DNA of 64,000 nt from Nymphaea colorata (Eukaryota). Position 1 is the first letter of the stretch; each line of letters begins with the position of its first letter. A model generated the notes under the pieces. The model was given only the letters and a program-made list of their open reading frames with translations, was not told where the DNA came from and searched no databases. The position numbers and the translations under genes are program-made. This document shows positions 11,638-24,689 of this stretch, in pieces. The DNA lies in assembly GCF_008831285.2 (NCBI RefSeq), contig NC_045138.2:16926001-16990000 (forward strand), given 5' to 3'.

Positions 11638-14600
11638 TCAAGAACAGCATGTTCCTGCTGCTCCGCTCCACACTCTCCTCATTTCTCTCAGATGATGTGC
11701 TATTTCCTGGACAAGCTTCAATCCTTCACTTCCACTGCTTAGGGAATTAAGTGTGTGTTCTAAAAAATCTTTGTCTGCCTCGAGTGCCACTAACCTCTCA
11801 TTTAAGTGCAGAATTTCATTTTCAATAGTAGACAAGTAATTTCCTCTGTAGTTCTCCAGACTAGGATCACAATTCACAAGTGAATGATCACTAACAGTAA
11901 ATCCATTTGTGCCATGTGAACCTTCAGATGTGCCTCTTTCTGAAAATCTGTCAGGAATTGGAAAATCCTCCTCTGTTTTAATGTTGCATCTTTGTGCCAC
12001 TTCTCCTTGTTCTGTAGCTCTAACATCAGTCTGAGTAAGTCTCTTCTCCAACTTTTTCAGACAACTTGAAATGTAACCTCGTTCATCTTCAAGATCAAGC
12101 AAATATTCCTTTTCAATATTTTTTTCTCTGCCATTCATATCATTAACGATCTTACCTAGATCTTTTTCAAGGTTTTGCAATGACAAGTTTTTGTGATTAA
12201 GTGCTTGATCATAAGAAAATTTTCTCCCTTCAAAGTTCTCGACATTATCGTGTTGCCATAAAGGTAAACCTCCAACCATTTTATCAGGACAAGTTGCATT
12301 CTCAGATTTCTGATCCAACATAGGTTCATCTTGGAATCTTTTCCTGAAGGATTCTAGCTCCATCTCCAAGTCTTGTATTTCTTTCTCTCTTTCTGCAAGA
12401 AGCTCACTTGCTTTTTGCAGAGCTTCTTGGTCGTACTCTGATTGTTCTTCCATCAATCTAAGGTACTGTAAAGCTTCCATGTGCAACGATGCCTTCTCCT
12501 CCTGTAGCCTAGTAATCATGGCCATTGCTTGGTTTGCAGAAATAGCTGCAGCATTTCTTTCCTCTTCAAGCTCCTTATACAATGCATACATGGCTTTCCT
12601 ATCATATTCAACTTGGCGTTTCAGACGATCGACTGCACTTTCTCCTTCAATTTCACTCACAATACTCCCATCCAATGAGTCCACACCTGATTCATATCTC
12701 TCTATCGAGAGTTTTTTGTGAAGAGCCTGCAGTGATATGGGTGTGGATGCATCAGGGACTTTGAGATCACCACTACCAAGTTGAATTTTGGGGCTCATAG
12801 CTATGTCACTCATTCCTCTTAAAGATGAAATCTGTGATATCAGTGATTTCAGGTCTTCAGGAACTTTGCTGGGCTCTTTACCACCATTATCCACAAGTGA
12901 CTCGCTTGGGTTACCTCCTTTACTACCCACAGCCAGCTTGTATGCATCATTTAAATCCAGAGAACCAGACATAAGAAGACTAGGGTCATCAGTAGTCAAG
13001 GAACTAGGTCTAAGCAATTTCAATCTAGATAAGCCTTCAGGTCTGGTCATTCCTAGGAGCTCAGATGCAGAATCTGAGGGCATTTCAGATTGATAGTTAT
13101 CTGTTACAGCGGCCTCAGCATCACCTGCAACATGAAATCAGTGACATTAAAAAGTTAGAGACTTTGCATTCAAGAGGTAAGAACAGAAGACTTCGAACTT
13201 ACATTTTGATGTAAATACTTCTGCAAGAGATTCTGTGGGCTTCTCTGATGAGGCAGCAGTAGACAGTGTGGATGACTTGGAGATACTAGAAGAACAAGCT
13301 CCTCCTGAGACGTGGTCATCAACCTTAACTGAAGAAGGAACTGTTTGTGGCACAAAAGTGTCACATGCTGGGGTTACATAACCTGCTTCTGAAAGAACTT
13401 TCAAAGCCTTACCTGATGATGAAGCTGCACGTGGCGTGAAAAATTCAGGTACTGTGGAAGGAAATGTTGTTCCTGATAGAAATTCTGCACCCTTGTTTGA
13501 TGATGGAAATGCACGAGGAGTGAAAAATTCAGGCCTTGCAGAAGAAAATAATGATCCCGACAGACCTTCCAGACTCTTCCGTGATGATGGAACTGCACGT
13601 GGGGTGAAAAATATGTCAAGCATAGGACGAGCAGTTTCAGAAGACTCTTTTACAGTCTTGTCTGAAGCAATTTGTGTGACATTCTCAAGAAGAGATGGGA
13701 ATGTTGATTCTGTGAATCTCTTTGTGGGCTTGTTTAATGATGGAACTGCACGTGGGGTGAAAAATTCCATTACTGCAGGGTGGAGTGGTTCTGAGGTCTG
13801 CCAATTCAGCTCTTCTAGCCCATATCCTGATGTCCTAGAAGGTGCCGAGGTGGACCCATTTCCACTTTGATATAGTTCTGTAACATTTTCCTGTTTCTTG
13901 TCAGTGTCTCCAGCTGCAACAGCAGGGAAGCCATTTGTGAGCGAGTGGCCACAAGTCATACATCTTGGTTGCTCATCAGAAACGACAACTGAAGGAACAG
14001 ATGTCATGGATGGACTGTCCAGCTTATGGAGGCTCAAACGGCCTGTTGCAACTGCTGCAGCTAAGTTTGCTTTTATGCTGTCAGGTTTTTCCAAAGAAGA
14101 GGAAATTGGATCCTTGTTGTAGGCAAAAGTCCTTTGAATAGCAGAATGTGCATCATCCTCATCTGACAGTGGAACTTCAGACTCAGAATCAGAAGTGATC
14201 TTGAGCTCAGAGTAACCAATATGATCCAGCGGATCCTGACTACGCTTACCTATAGAGAAGGTCTGCGAGGAACCAGATGATCTTGCTATTTTCTTATTCA
14301 GGAAATCATGGTGCTCACAAGTTATGGAACAAGAAGAAGAACCTTCAAGCATTCCAGCCTTGTTAACAATCAAACTAGCATTGAATAATCTAGTTGACTT
14401 CAGATTGCTTACTATTGGTACACCACAACATATGCAGCATTTCATGTCATTCAAATCTGATTCAGGAGCTTGTCTTGAAGTATCATCTGGTGGTTTCTTA
14501 ACATGGATATCAGTCTCATGATTCGAGCGAATATGCAATTGCTTGTCAAGATGGAAACTGTGGTCATCTCCAGCAACACATTCAAAATCAGTTCCCAGTT

Positions 14601-14988
14601 TCCCAACCAACAACCTATATGTTTCTGGGTTTGTTTTCTTCTCTGTCGCAAAAGAAACAAGACATTCCTCGCACATCCTATGAACGTCTGAAAGCTTCAT
14701 GTGAATTTGACAATACGCCAATGAGGAGATTTCCAGCTTATGGGCATGACATATCAATTCTCTGTAGAAATCAGGTGTCTTATTCCCTATCACGTGATCA
14801 AGCCTCGAACATAACAAACATGGTATCTCCAACCCAAAGAAACTGGCAATTTTCGTTATGGCATAGGAAAGCAAAGCATTCAAAAACAATAGAAACATCA
14901 CTAGCCACTCGGTTGCTGCATATACTAATGCAGAAGTTAGTCTACGACAATCTTCTCCTACTGTTATAGCGGACTTTCTGGTTGCCAT
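11638..14988 (-). CDS. Myosin-binding protein (MyoB; DUF593/zein-binding coiled coil), ~1090 aa; exons 14988-13203 and 13124-11638
   Basis: N-terminal TM segment EWLVMFLLFLNALLSY and the Cys-rich PCLLCSRLDH...YCQIH...CEEC motif. C-terminal SLDGSIVSEIEGE..LEEERNAAAISANQAMAMITRLQEEKA DUF593 motif. The 78-bp GTAAG..TGCAG intron joins the two ORFs in frame. Confidence 0.93.
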
Positions 14989-16906
14989 GTTTATTGGAAT
15001 TCAGACAGCTGGATGAGGATCTGCACCTGACAAATATATAAAATCTTTGCCCTTCTCTCAGAGAAGGTAACTACGATCATAAAGTAGAACTCCTCAATTG
15101 GGACGCAAGCTCATAACACCTGGCAGAAACACAAACCCAATTTATATGTTACAACAACTCTCTAAGTCGAAATATTCAAAGAAAACAAAATCCTGGATAC
15201 CACAAAAAATCGAGCAGATACTGATCGTGGTTCCTTCAGAAAAACAAATGACAGCTGGAAATTTATTGTTGAAAATTACATGAATTGTGATTTTGAAACC
15301 TGAAAAAGATCCAATATCTTGTATATGCACAAGATGCTGGAAAGTTAAACAACCAAAATTAGAAATAAGCAATGGATTAATCATAATCCCCAAGGTCAAA
15401 ATTCAAATAAAAAACAAAATCGCAATGAATGCATCTAAAGATAAAAATCTGAATCTCGAAATCAACAATTATGGCAGAAATAAATACCATCAAATCGGAA
15501 ACAATAGAAGACACAATCGAACCCAACTTACCAAGGAATTAGCGCAACAAACACGCTGCCCACGTCAGAAATCTGAAGGTGACCTGATTCCGGAATGAAA
15601 CAATACCAGTGACAAAGCAGGGCAACCCAAATCGAAATTCTAACACCTGATCTAGATGGGTACAATTGCAGATATCAGAGACTTCGTTTCTGTCCCTCCG
15701 AGGACTCCAAGTTCATAGAAGTTCACAAAAAGGAAGGACGGGCAGGAGGAGGAAATGACAAATTTCACAATTGGATCATAACAAAGACAAAACTGCTTCC
15801 TATAAGATCAGGAACATGGATTGGTAAAAGAGAAAAACGACGAGAAAAACCGAAAGGTATAAAGAGGGGAGGCAGAAAAGAAGAAAAAGAACAAGGAATG
15901 ACCTCCCCTCTTGAAAACGATGGACGAACGGGACAAGTGGACACTTAGAAGGTTCCAAGATGAACAGGAGGGGCAATTCGGAGTTGGGTTTTTGCCTTTT
16001 TATATGGAATCCTCTCTGGCACCATGCTGTGAATCAGGAGATCGAATGGAGATGTAGAAATTGTTATTCTGATATTAACAAAATTTTGCAAGCATTATAT
16101 ATCACATGATGATTTCTAATTAAATTTTTTCAATAAGCTTTGTTCTTGTCGCAGAACATGCCGATCTGGTCACAGAAAAAGGACACAACGTATATTTACA
16201 CAAAAGAAATTACTTATTTTTAGTCCTGAACATAAATTTTATTTAAAGGTCTGTCCTCTACCTTTGATTCCAAAAACTCATCTCTCTAAAGTCGCTACTC
16301 GCTAATGTAAGCTGTAACTTCTCTAACAAATGCTCAATAAACGACTTCCCTTCAGCATTTATTAAACTCAACCTGCAAGCTTCAAAGCCCATGAGACGAT
16401 CATCTTTTCCTTCTAAATCCAATTATTACTTTATTAGTTTTTTAAAATTAATATGACAAAATTCCAATAAGTCGCCATCCCCAAAATAGCAGATTAAGAC
16501 TCTGAAAATATTAAAAATGTGGGAATTTTTGCAGTGCTAAAGATAGAGAGCTGACTGAAATCTGAATAAAATTTTCTTTTTCTAAAAAAAGATCTTTAGA
16601 ATAAAAAACAAACCTACCAACTGGCCAACCCCTTGGTGGGATCCCACTTTGCTTGTCATGAGGTGGTCTTAAGAATTCCAAACTGTCAACTGGTCTCCTT
16701 GCCCCCACCTGCCCACTGCAAGATATAGTCATCGGTGCAGTTTCTTGTGTCCAAAAGATACAGTTCCAAATCTAATTTCTACAATGAATCCATGATTTTT
16801 TGAATTGCTAATATGGATAACTGTATTGACTGATGCATATGGGCGAAATACGGTTCAATTTAGATAAATTTAGTTGGATATAGTAACAAAAAATATAGAT
16901 CCAATT

Positions 16907-17090
16907 CAGTGGGGGAGCCACATGTGAGCTTGTGTGGGCAGTTGCCCACACGATCCCACAAAAACATTTCATTTTTCATGTTGATGGCGGCAACAATTTG
17001 GTTCTTTCTATATGTTGGTTGATGTCCTTAAGAATCTGAGACTTTTTTAACTAAAGCCCCACAGCCTCAGAATTTCTGGCTTTCCCACTG
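16907..17090. mobile_element. hAT-type MITE with a perfect 8-bp TSD
   Basis: TIRs cagtgggggagcca / tggctttcccactg. TSD atccaatt at 16899-16906 and 17091-17098. Confidence 0.9.
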
Positions 17091-18236
17091 ATCCAATTAC
17101 TAATCAAATTTGGATTTGTTATTCGGATTTGACTTTGACTGCAATATCTGACTGCCTACTAACCCAACTACATATGTTAATCGGGTCTGAGTTCAGTTAG
17201 AAAAAATTAAGATCTGAAACTGGATCCGATTAAGTCGAGTTTGATAAAGGCTGGACCTTTAAACCATTTACTACATGACGTATCTACTTGTTTCCCATCT
17301 TTATTTTAACAGAAACAAAAACTCAAAATAATGAAAACCACTAAAAAAATATTTTCTCATTTTTTGGCATGTATATAAGGTAGCATTTGTCAGTGTTTTG
17401 ATTATTATAAAATATTTTTTAATGAAAATAATAATAAAAAAAAAGATAGAAACATGGTGATGATTGAATTTAAAAACTATACCTGTAATCATACCACAGT
17501 TTCTTGAACAAAATGTATAGTGTTCCTTCTATCAATTGTATTCTTATTGTCTTCTTATCGACAGCGGTAAAACAATATTAAACTAATTCTTCAAAGTAGA
17601 TGACGCCAGTATCTGAATTTGAAATCTGATTTTACAACATGAATCTGTTTTGTACATCTGAATTTTGAACCAACTATGATCAATTTTTAAAACGTAAGAG
17701 TATTTGGATATAGAATATTTATGAAAACTAAATTCAATTCGGATCTGAATTTGATTGAATGTCATTTGTTAAATTGAAATCCGATCTAATTTTTTACTCT
17801 CATATTAAACTTTTTTCCTATCTAATTTTCTCAAAAAAGTTTCTTGGGGTGTACAATCCAAATTGAGTATATTGACATCCTCAACACAATTTTCCTCATC
17901 TGCATTTATAATTTGTATTTTCAATGAAATCATCTAAAACACAACCAAAGATTTGACAGAAATCAAAATCGTATTTAATTAATTTTTCATAATGTTAAAT
18001 ACATGTTCTTCGTGGGTTCGAAAGCCCTGGACGAGCAAGTGCCGTTGGACCATCGAGGGTTCCAGGCTGCCGAAGTTGCAGACCCGAAACCCACAATCCG
18101 AAGAGAGAGACAGAGAATTCAGAGGAAGTAAAACAAGAACAAAACACCCACCACCATGGTGCTCAAGGCTGGAGAGAGAGAGAGAGAGAGACTCACCATT
18201 CTCACCTTTTCGACCGCCCGCCATGGCTGTTGAGCT

Positions 18237-18720
18237 TAAGGCTGGGCATCAGACTGGGTACTCGGCTCAATCGAAGCTATTGAGCCTTCTCGGCATCAAA
18301 CCGGGTACCTGACCCGATCGGGCTTAGGTTGGGGTCCAAAAAGACCATATCAAGAGAGAGAGAGAGTCACCATTCTTAGGTTCTCTACTACTCGCCATGC
18401 CTATCGAGCATAAGGTTGGGCATCGGACCGAGTACCCGGCTCAATGGGGCCCAAGTTCAAGCCCAAAAGAATCATATTGTACGGGCCCAGGTTGACCCAA
18501 CAGGCTCGATTTGGCCCGACATGTGTTTTAGTATTATTTTTATTTTAATAATGATATATATTTTATTACGATTAATTATATTTATGTATTACTTTATATT
18601 TAAAAATATATTTTTTTTCATTTTATCCAAGTCAAACTAGCCCCATGCTTGAGTTTCGTGTGTCGGGCTGGGCCCAAGCTCGATTTAGGGTGTCGGGCCG
18701 GGGCCGGGCTTGGGTTTTGG
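18237..18720. mobile_element. GGCCC/CCGA-rich hAT-like MITE remnants with a duplicated left end
   Basis: taaggctgggcatc..tactcggctcaat at 18237 is repeated as taaggttgggcatc..tacccggctcaat at 18411; clustered ggccc motifs. Confidence 0.5.
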
Positions 18721-18843
18721 GCTTTATTTTTACAACTTAATGACTCCCCTATGATCTCCTGGTAATCGACTTGATGATCTTCATTGAGCTTGGTGTGTGT
18801 CCGTGTGTGCGCGTGAGCATGTGCATATGCGTGTGTTTGTTTG

Positions 18844-18895
<52 letters not shown>

Positions 18896-18896
18896 A

Positions 18897-19250
18897 AGAG
18901 AGAGCCGATAAAATGGGAATATATAACAAAATTTGGGGACAAGAGGTCCCCTAAATACAAAAACAATCCGCAAGAGAAAGAGAGAGAGAAAAACCGATAA
19001 AATAAGGATGCATAACAAAATTTGATGATAAGAAGCCTTCTACATACAAGAACAAACCTCCAAAGCAAAATATAAAGAACGAACTATACAAATCAGTAAT
19101 ACAATAAAACAAAATAAGAATAGGGATGCAGAGAGAGTGGCGATAGAGTCACCCAATAGCAAACGAAAAACAACACTGTAGTCGAATAACAAAGTGGATA
19201 TTCTCTAGTAGCCACAGACTCTGACGATAAGAAGGTGCCCCTGAAGTTAT
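18897..19250 (-). repeat. Interspersed repeat, probably a retroelement 3' end, abutting (GA)n(TA)n; inverted copy at ~58520-58797
   Basis: agagccgataaaatg..ataacaaaatttggggacaagaggtcccct is the reverse complement of 58742-58795 with a few changes. Confidence 0.7.
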
Positions 19251-19846
19251 GAGAGAGAAAGAGAGATTTGAATAAGTGGGATAATGAGAGAACTCTACAA
19301 AAATTATGGTTTTGAGATTTAGTATATGAAAGTAGGTGGGATATTGGTCAACATATAGCATCCAACTTGGGTGGCTGCCAGGCTTAATCGATTCTCTCGT
19401 GTCCTTATCATGGTGGTTTTAGGGTCTTGTTTCTCCATCTTCTTTTCTCTTTCTCTTCTGAACCTTTAGCAACATTGAGAAAAAAGGTAAAATGAACATT
19501 CCAAATAAGTGGCCAAATGCACTCTCCTTATAAAGCAAATTCACCATCACCACAAGAATAATTCAAACATGTTGACCAGTGGCCCAATGGCACTTGCTCC
19601 AGTCACTTTCCAAACTTCAACATTATTTGATCTTCATTCCACAGTGGTGTCAGACTAGACTGTCAGTCACCAAACCTCATATGGATCCCAAAATAAAGGG
19701 GAAGTAAATCCTGCCAGATAATAAGTTTTTGTCTGATCTTCGGAGGTCTTAAGTCTGTAGGAGCCTCCTTTCTTAACCTAGTGGCTGGACATGATTGATA
19801 ATACCGAGTCTTGATCCAACTTAGACCTCGAGATAGCTAGATCTAT

Positions 19847-20277
19847 TAGGAATGTCAATGGATCGGATTTGAAATCAAATATACTCTTAAATGTATCTGT
19901 TTTTCTGGATATTTACATCATATACTAATTCAAATACGAACAAAAAAAAGTTATATCTCAATTTGCATCTAAAAACTGATTTCACAATCCTAATCTGATC
20001 TGAATGTGAGTTTTTTTCATTCAAATCCGAATTTGAATCCCAATGTTGAACCGAATCTCGGCTGATTTTCAATATGTAAAAACATTAGACATAGAATATT
20101 TCTTTAAAACTAAATATGATCTGAATTCAATATTTATGTATGTACACATTTCTATTCAAATGCGGATGAAATTTGAGTTTGGTCCAATTTCTCAATTTAA
20201 TATTTTTTTTTTCATATCCAACTTTTTCAAAACGGTTCCATGATATTCCATTCAAATGGGATATATTGACAGCCTCA
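19847..20277. mobile_element. hAT-like MITE (TAGG.ATGTCAA ends); related remnant at ~17600-17882
   Basis: Ends taggaatgtcaat / attgacagcctca; internal atccga/tcggat repeats. Confidence 0.6.
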
Positions 20278-20742
20278 AATAATGTTTTTATGACCTAATC
20301 CAGGTCAAGTCATAGAATGGTACAGCCAATCCTCACGTGATTTCAAATATGTGCAGCTTGTAGAATTACGGTCGAAATAGATGCATGGGAACATAAATTT
20401 TCCTTTTAGTGTATTTGGTTTTGCACAAAATTCAGTCGCACTCAGAATTCAAGTTCCGGGAATTACTTGTTCCCACGTATGCAAAGAGCGTTCCGAAAAC
20501 GCCCAGGGAACCCATCTGGACGGAAGGTGTTTGTAGGCTTGTTTCTAGAACTCACCGCAACGCCAAAAGCACAACCAGGAAACATTATTTTCCTTCCACA
20601 TTTGCTTTTGTCAACGAGAGAAGAAACCGTTTCTGGAAAAAATAAGAAAAGTGATATGGATAATAAACGGAAATCATAGTCTTCCCGCACAATTTCATCG
20701 TTTCTCCCTCGCTCTCGCTCTCACCCTCGCTCTCTCTGATCG

Positions 20743-23371
20743 ATGAATCCCCAAACGCTAAGATTTTCGACCTCCGACACCGCCATTCCGTTCGAGAAGC
20801 GCCTCCGGTTGTTCCCAAGTTCCCGATTTCACGTTTTTCCGGTTTTTTTATGTAGCGATGTCGCGAAATCTCCCCATTTCATACGCAGCAAGCATGGAGT
20901 GGCCGCGATCAGGAACTGCAAAGATCTCGTCTCCTCGGTATCGCGGAGGATCGACCCCATCTCCCAGAGAGAGGTGGGAGCTCCCCGCGTCGGAAAGACA
21001 GTTGACATCGCGACGCTAGGGAACCTCTGTGTCGATATCGTTCTTAGTGTGCCCAGTCTCCCTCCAACTTCCGCCGATGAGAAACGCGCCTACATGGAGC
21101 AGCTCTCTGCGTCCCGTCCCGACAAGGTAATTGATCGACATACTTGTACGAGCTCTCTTTTTTCCTGTGAATCTGCCAGAATGTCTGCTTGTTCTCTCAG
21201 TTTTCATTTTCCTCTACTGTGGGCAGTCCGAGAACTGGCAAGACTTAGGACGAATCGTTTGATCGTTTTGTTTAATCTTGTTTAGGAGAAAAGCAACCCT
21301 GGAACAAATAAGAGCAAGCTTGCAATGGATCGTGGTTATTGCTTTTGCAGATTTTCCGGTTCCTGAGTTTGCTTGCTAGTGCAGAGAATCTTGAATTCTA
21401 TACTGGATGAGGAAAGTTTCGAATCCGTAGGGATGAATGTGATTTTGGATTGATTGTCGCTTCTCTTATAACTCTGATGGTGTTTGATGAAATTTGGAGA
21501 TTGGAGTGGTGATTGTGAACACGAAGGGGAAGTGTTTGTTTCGAGTCCCTGGAAATGTAGGAGAAATTTGTGTGCTTTGGGTATAACTGTCTTTCTCGAT
21601 GCTTGTCTCTATACTCGTTGCATGTCTTCTTGTTTGTTGTATAAAGATTATATGAGGGTCTCCCCGTGTCTAATTTTCGTTGATGAAGCTGTTCCAAAAT
21701 GGGTATCAATGTTTTAAACATTTCTTTGTGCTTAGTTCTTGTTATTTGCAGGGTATCAATGTTTTACATATTTCATTGTGCTTAGTTCTTGTTATTTGCG
21801 GAATTAGATGTTTCTTATTAGCCTATGCATAAGTACATGGTGTTTGCTTGATCTGCTTCCGCTCTTCATAGTGATGAAGGTGTTTTATGCCTCACTAACG
21901 TGTAGTTATTGTATGTAGAAATACTGGGAAGCGGGTGGCAATTGCAACTTGGCTATTGCCGCAGCACGAGTGGGGCTTAGGTGCCTGACGCTTGGTCTTG
22001 TGGGCGATGAAATTTATGGAAGGTTTCTTGTGGAGGTGCTCGGTGAAGAGGGTATCGGCATGGTGAAGATGAACGAAGATGCCGAAACTTCCGCCAGCAA
22101 TGGAATATCATATGAAACACTTCGTTGCTGGGTTTTAGTGGATCCACTACAAAGGCATGGGTTTTGCAGGTAGGCTGGTTCCATTTTATTCACCTTCCTT
22201 CTGTATGTGTGGTCGTTATGCCTTGTACATGATTTTTTAACTTTTGATTGGATTTTCTTTCATAAAAATAGGTCTGACTGGATCTCTTCTTTTTGGTAGC
22301 ATTCATGATTTTAGTAAGGAACCTGCATTTGGTTGGTTGACAATGCTTTCTGGACAAGTGAAGAAGGCCATTGGACAGTCAAAAATTTTATTCTGCAATG
22401 GTTATGCCTATGATGAACTTTCTCCCGACTTAATTCTTGCTGCACTTGAGTATGCAAGACATGTTGAGACGGCAGTGTTTTTTGATCCTGGTCCTCGAGG
22501 AAAGAAACTTTTCTGTGGTTCCCCTCAACAGCAGAGGGCACTTAAAATGTATCTAAAGATGAGTGATGTTCTTCTTTTAACTGCAGATGAGGTTTGTTAC
22601 TTTTCTTTTTCACATGAATGTATACCATATTTCAACTCTTGTTTGACTATAGCTTAGAATCATAATAGAATAAGTGTTCTTTCTTCCAAATCCTGCATAA
22701 TTTGCTTGCACATACCCTGTATTGTGCAGCCAAGAACAGAGATTTTTCCCTCAAAGATATTTGGTTATTACTCACAACAGATTCACATAGAATCACCATT
22801 GATTTCATCTCATAATGCCTTACCATTTCTACACATATCCGTTGCAATTCCAAAATGGGCATGTTTCTATATGTTGGATGGCGACGTTAATTCCTCTTCT
22901 TATGTAGTTTGGGTAAAGAAGTACCTTTACATTTTATCTGATGGAACCTAGTACTAAAAGGAGATTATCTGCCGACGGCTTGATCTTTAATTTCATGAGC
23001 AAGTCTATTCATCAGGCTGATTATTGATAAAGGAATAAACATGGATCTTCGACCTTGAAAGAGACCTTCTTTCGGTATCAGAAAAAAAGTGAAAATTGAC
23101 ATAAAACGGAGGTAGACAAGCGGAGTAGTTTTGGATAGAAATAACCAGATAAATAGCTAACCCTGTTATATAACTTAGAGACACATCTTTTCCTACTTCC
23201 TAGTGAGATTACTGCAACTATGTAATTTTATACATTGGACCAAACCATTTGAAGAAGCAAAAAAGGAGGAAAAGAAGAGAAACTAGGCATTCTAGAAAGA
23301 AGGAAGTATAAAAAAAAGTAACCTTTCTTTGTGTTTTCATTTTTAAATCCCCTTATACATGGCAGGGTTGA

Positions 23372-23405
<34 letters not shown>

Positions 23406-24689
23406 ATTTTCAAGGACAATAATCCTTTACTTTTGGTTGCCATTAGTTGCAAAAATGTTGAACCTGCTTCTAAACATATTTGATCTTATGGCTTTACTTA
23501 TTTAGCATTTTGGGAACTGGATCATGAATATCAGGTCAGTTTGGAGTCCTGGACTTATGTCTTGCATGGCGTGCCTTGATATCTAAAATTTGGCTATCAA
23601 GCTATATAGGATTGTTTTATTTCAAGGATTTTGATCTTTGAGGCATTTCGCTTTACAGGTCAAGGCATTTGTATGTTTAAAATAAGCACAGTCAGGGATC
23701 TTTTCCTATGTGAATGATGAATATAAACATTTTCTCCTTCAAAATTGTCTTTCTTTGCCAGTCTTCTAATGTAACTTTGTTTTTTGTAAGATAGGATAAA
23801 TCTTGCCCATTAATTTCATTTGTCATTTTTTCGGTATATGGCAAGGGTTCCCATATACTGTGCTGCTGTGTGCGTTTCGTTGTTGATGATTAACAGCTTC
23901 TTCTGATGCATTTTATCATTATTCATCATCATATTCTAAATGGCTTCTCTTCCTACTGTTGGAGCCTAGTGGGGAGTGATGACAATTGCTTTCTCAGTAT
24001 AAGCTATATATGCTTTCTCAGTATAACCTACGTATGCTATGATCCACATTCAACACTTTAATTGACATGCATTAAATTCCAGGCCGAGTCTCTGACTGGT
24101 GCTACAAACCCAATAAGGGCAGGACAAGAATTGATAAGAGAAAGCAGTCATACTAGATGGGTGATAATCAAAATGGGCTCCCGAGGATCTCTTTTGGTCA
24201 CAAAGTCAAGTGTCTCCTATGCACCTGCTTTCAAGGTAACATTGGCATATGATTAATTTATTCAACCTCAACTATTTCAATAATTTTCTGATTATCTTTT
24301 GCCAGGTTGATGTTGTTGACACAGTTGGCTGTGGTGATAGTTTTACTGCTGCAGTTGCATTTGGCTTTCTACAGAACATCCCACCGATGAATACTCTTGT
24401 GCTTGCCAATGCAGTTGGTGGTGCAACTGCAATGGGTTGTGGAGCTGGTAGGAATGTTGCTAGCTTGGAGAAGGTAATAGAATTATTGAAAGCCTCAGAT
24501 CTTAATCTTGAAAACTTTTTGGGGGAAAAGTTGGTCGAAGACGATTTGGAGACAGACTTGGTTATACTCTCGAAGAGCATTCCAAATGGTGTTGGAGATA
24601 AGATTAAGTGCGTCTCTGTGGAGAAGGTTGTTTGTGATCTTATGCCAAGGCTCCAGATTAAGCAAAAAGGAGCAATGGCGCCATTGTGA
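20743..24689 (+). CDS. PNK1: Plastid pfkB/ribokinase-family kinase (PNK1-like), ~487 aa; exons 20743-21126, 21919-22169, 22300-22591, 24083-24235, 24306-24689
   Basis: Transit-peptide-like N-terminus; DIATLGNLCVDIV; YWEAGGNCNLAIAAAR; FFDPGPRG; DTVGCGDSF pfkB signature. All four introns are GT-AG and keep frame. Orthology to Arabidopsis PNK1 is from recalled similarity. Confidence 0.9.
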
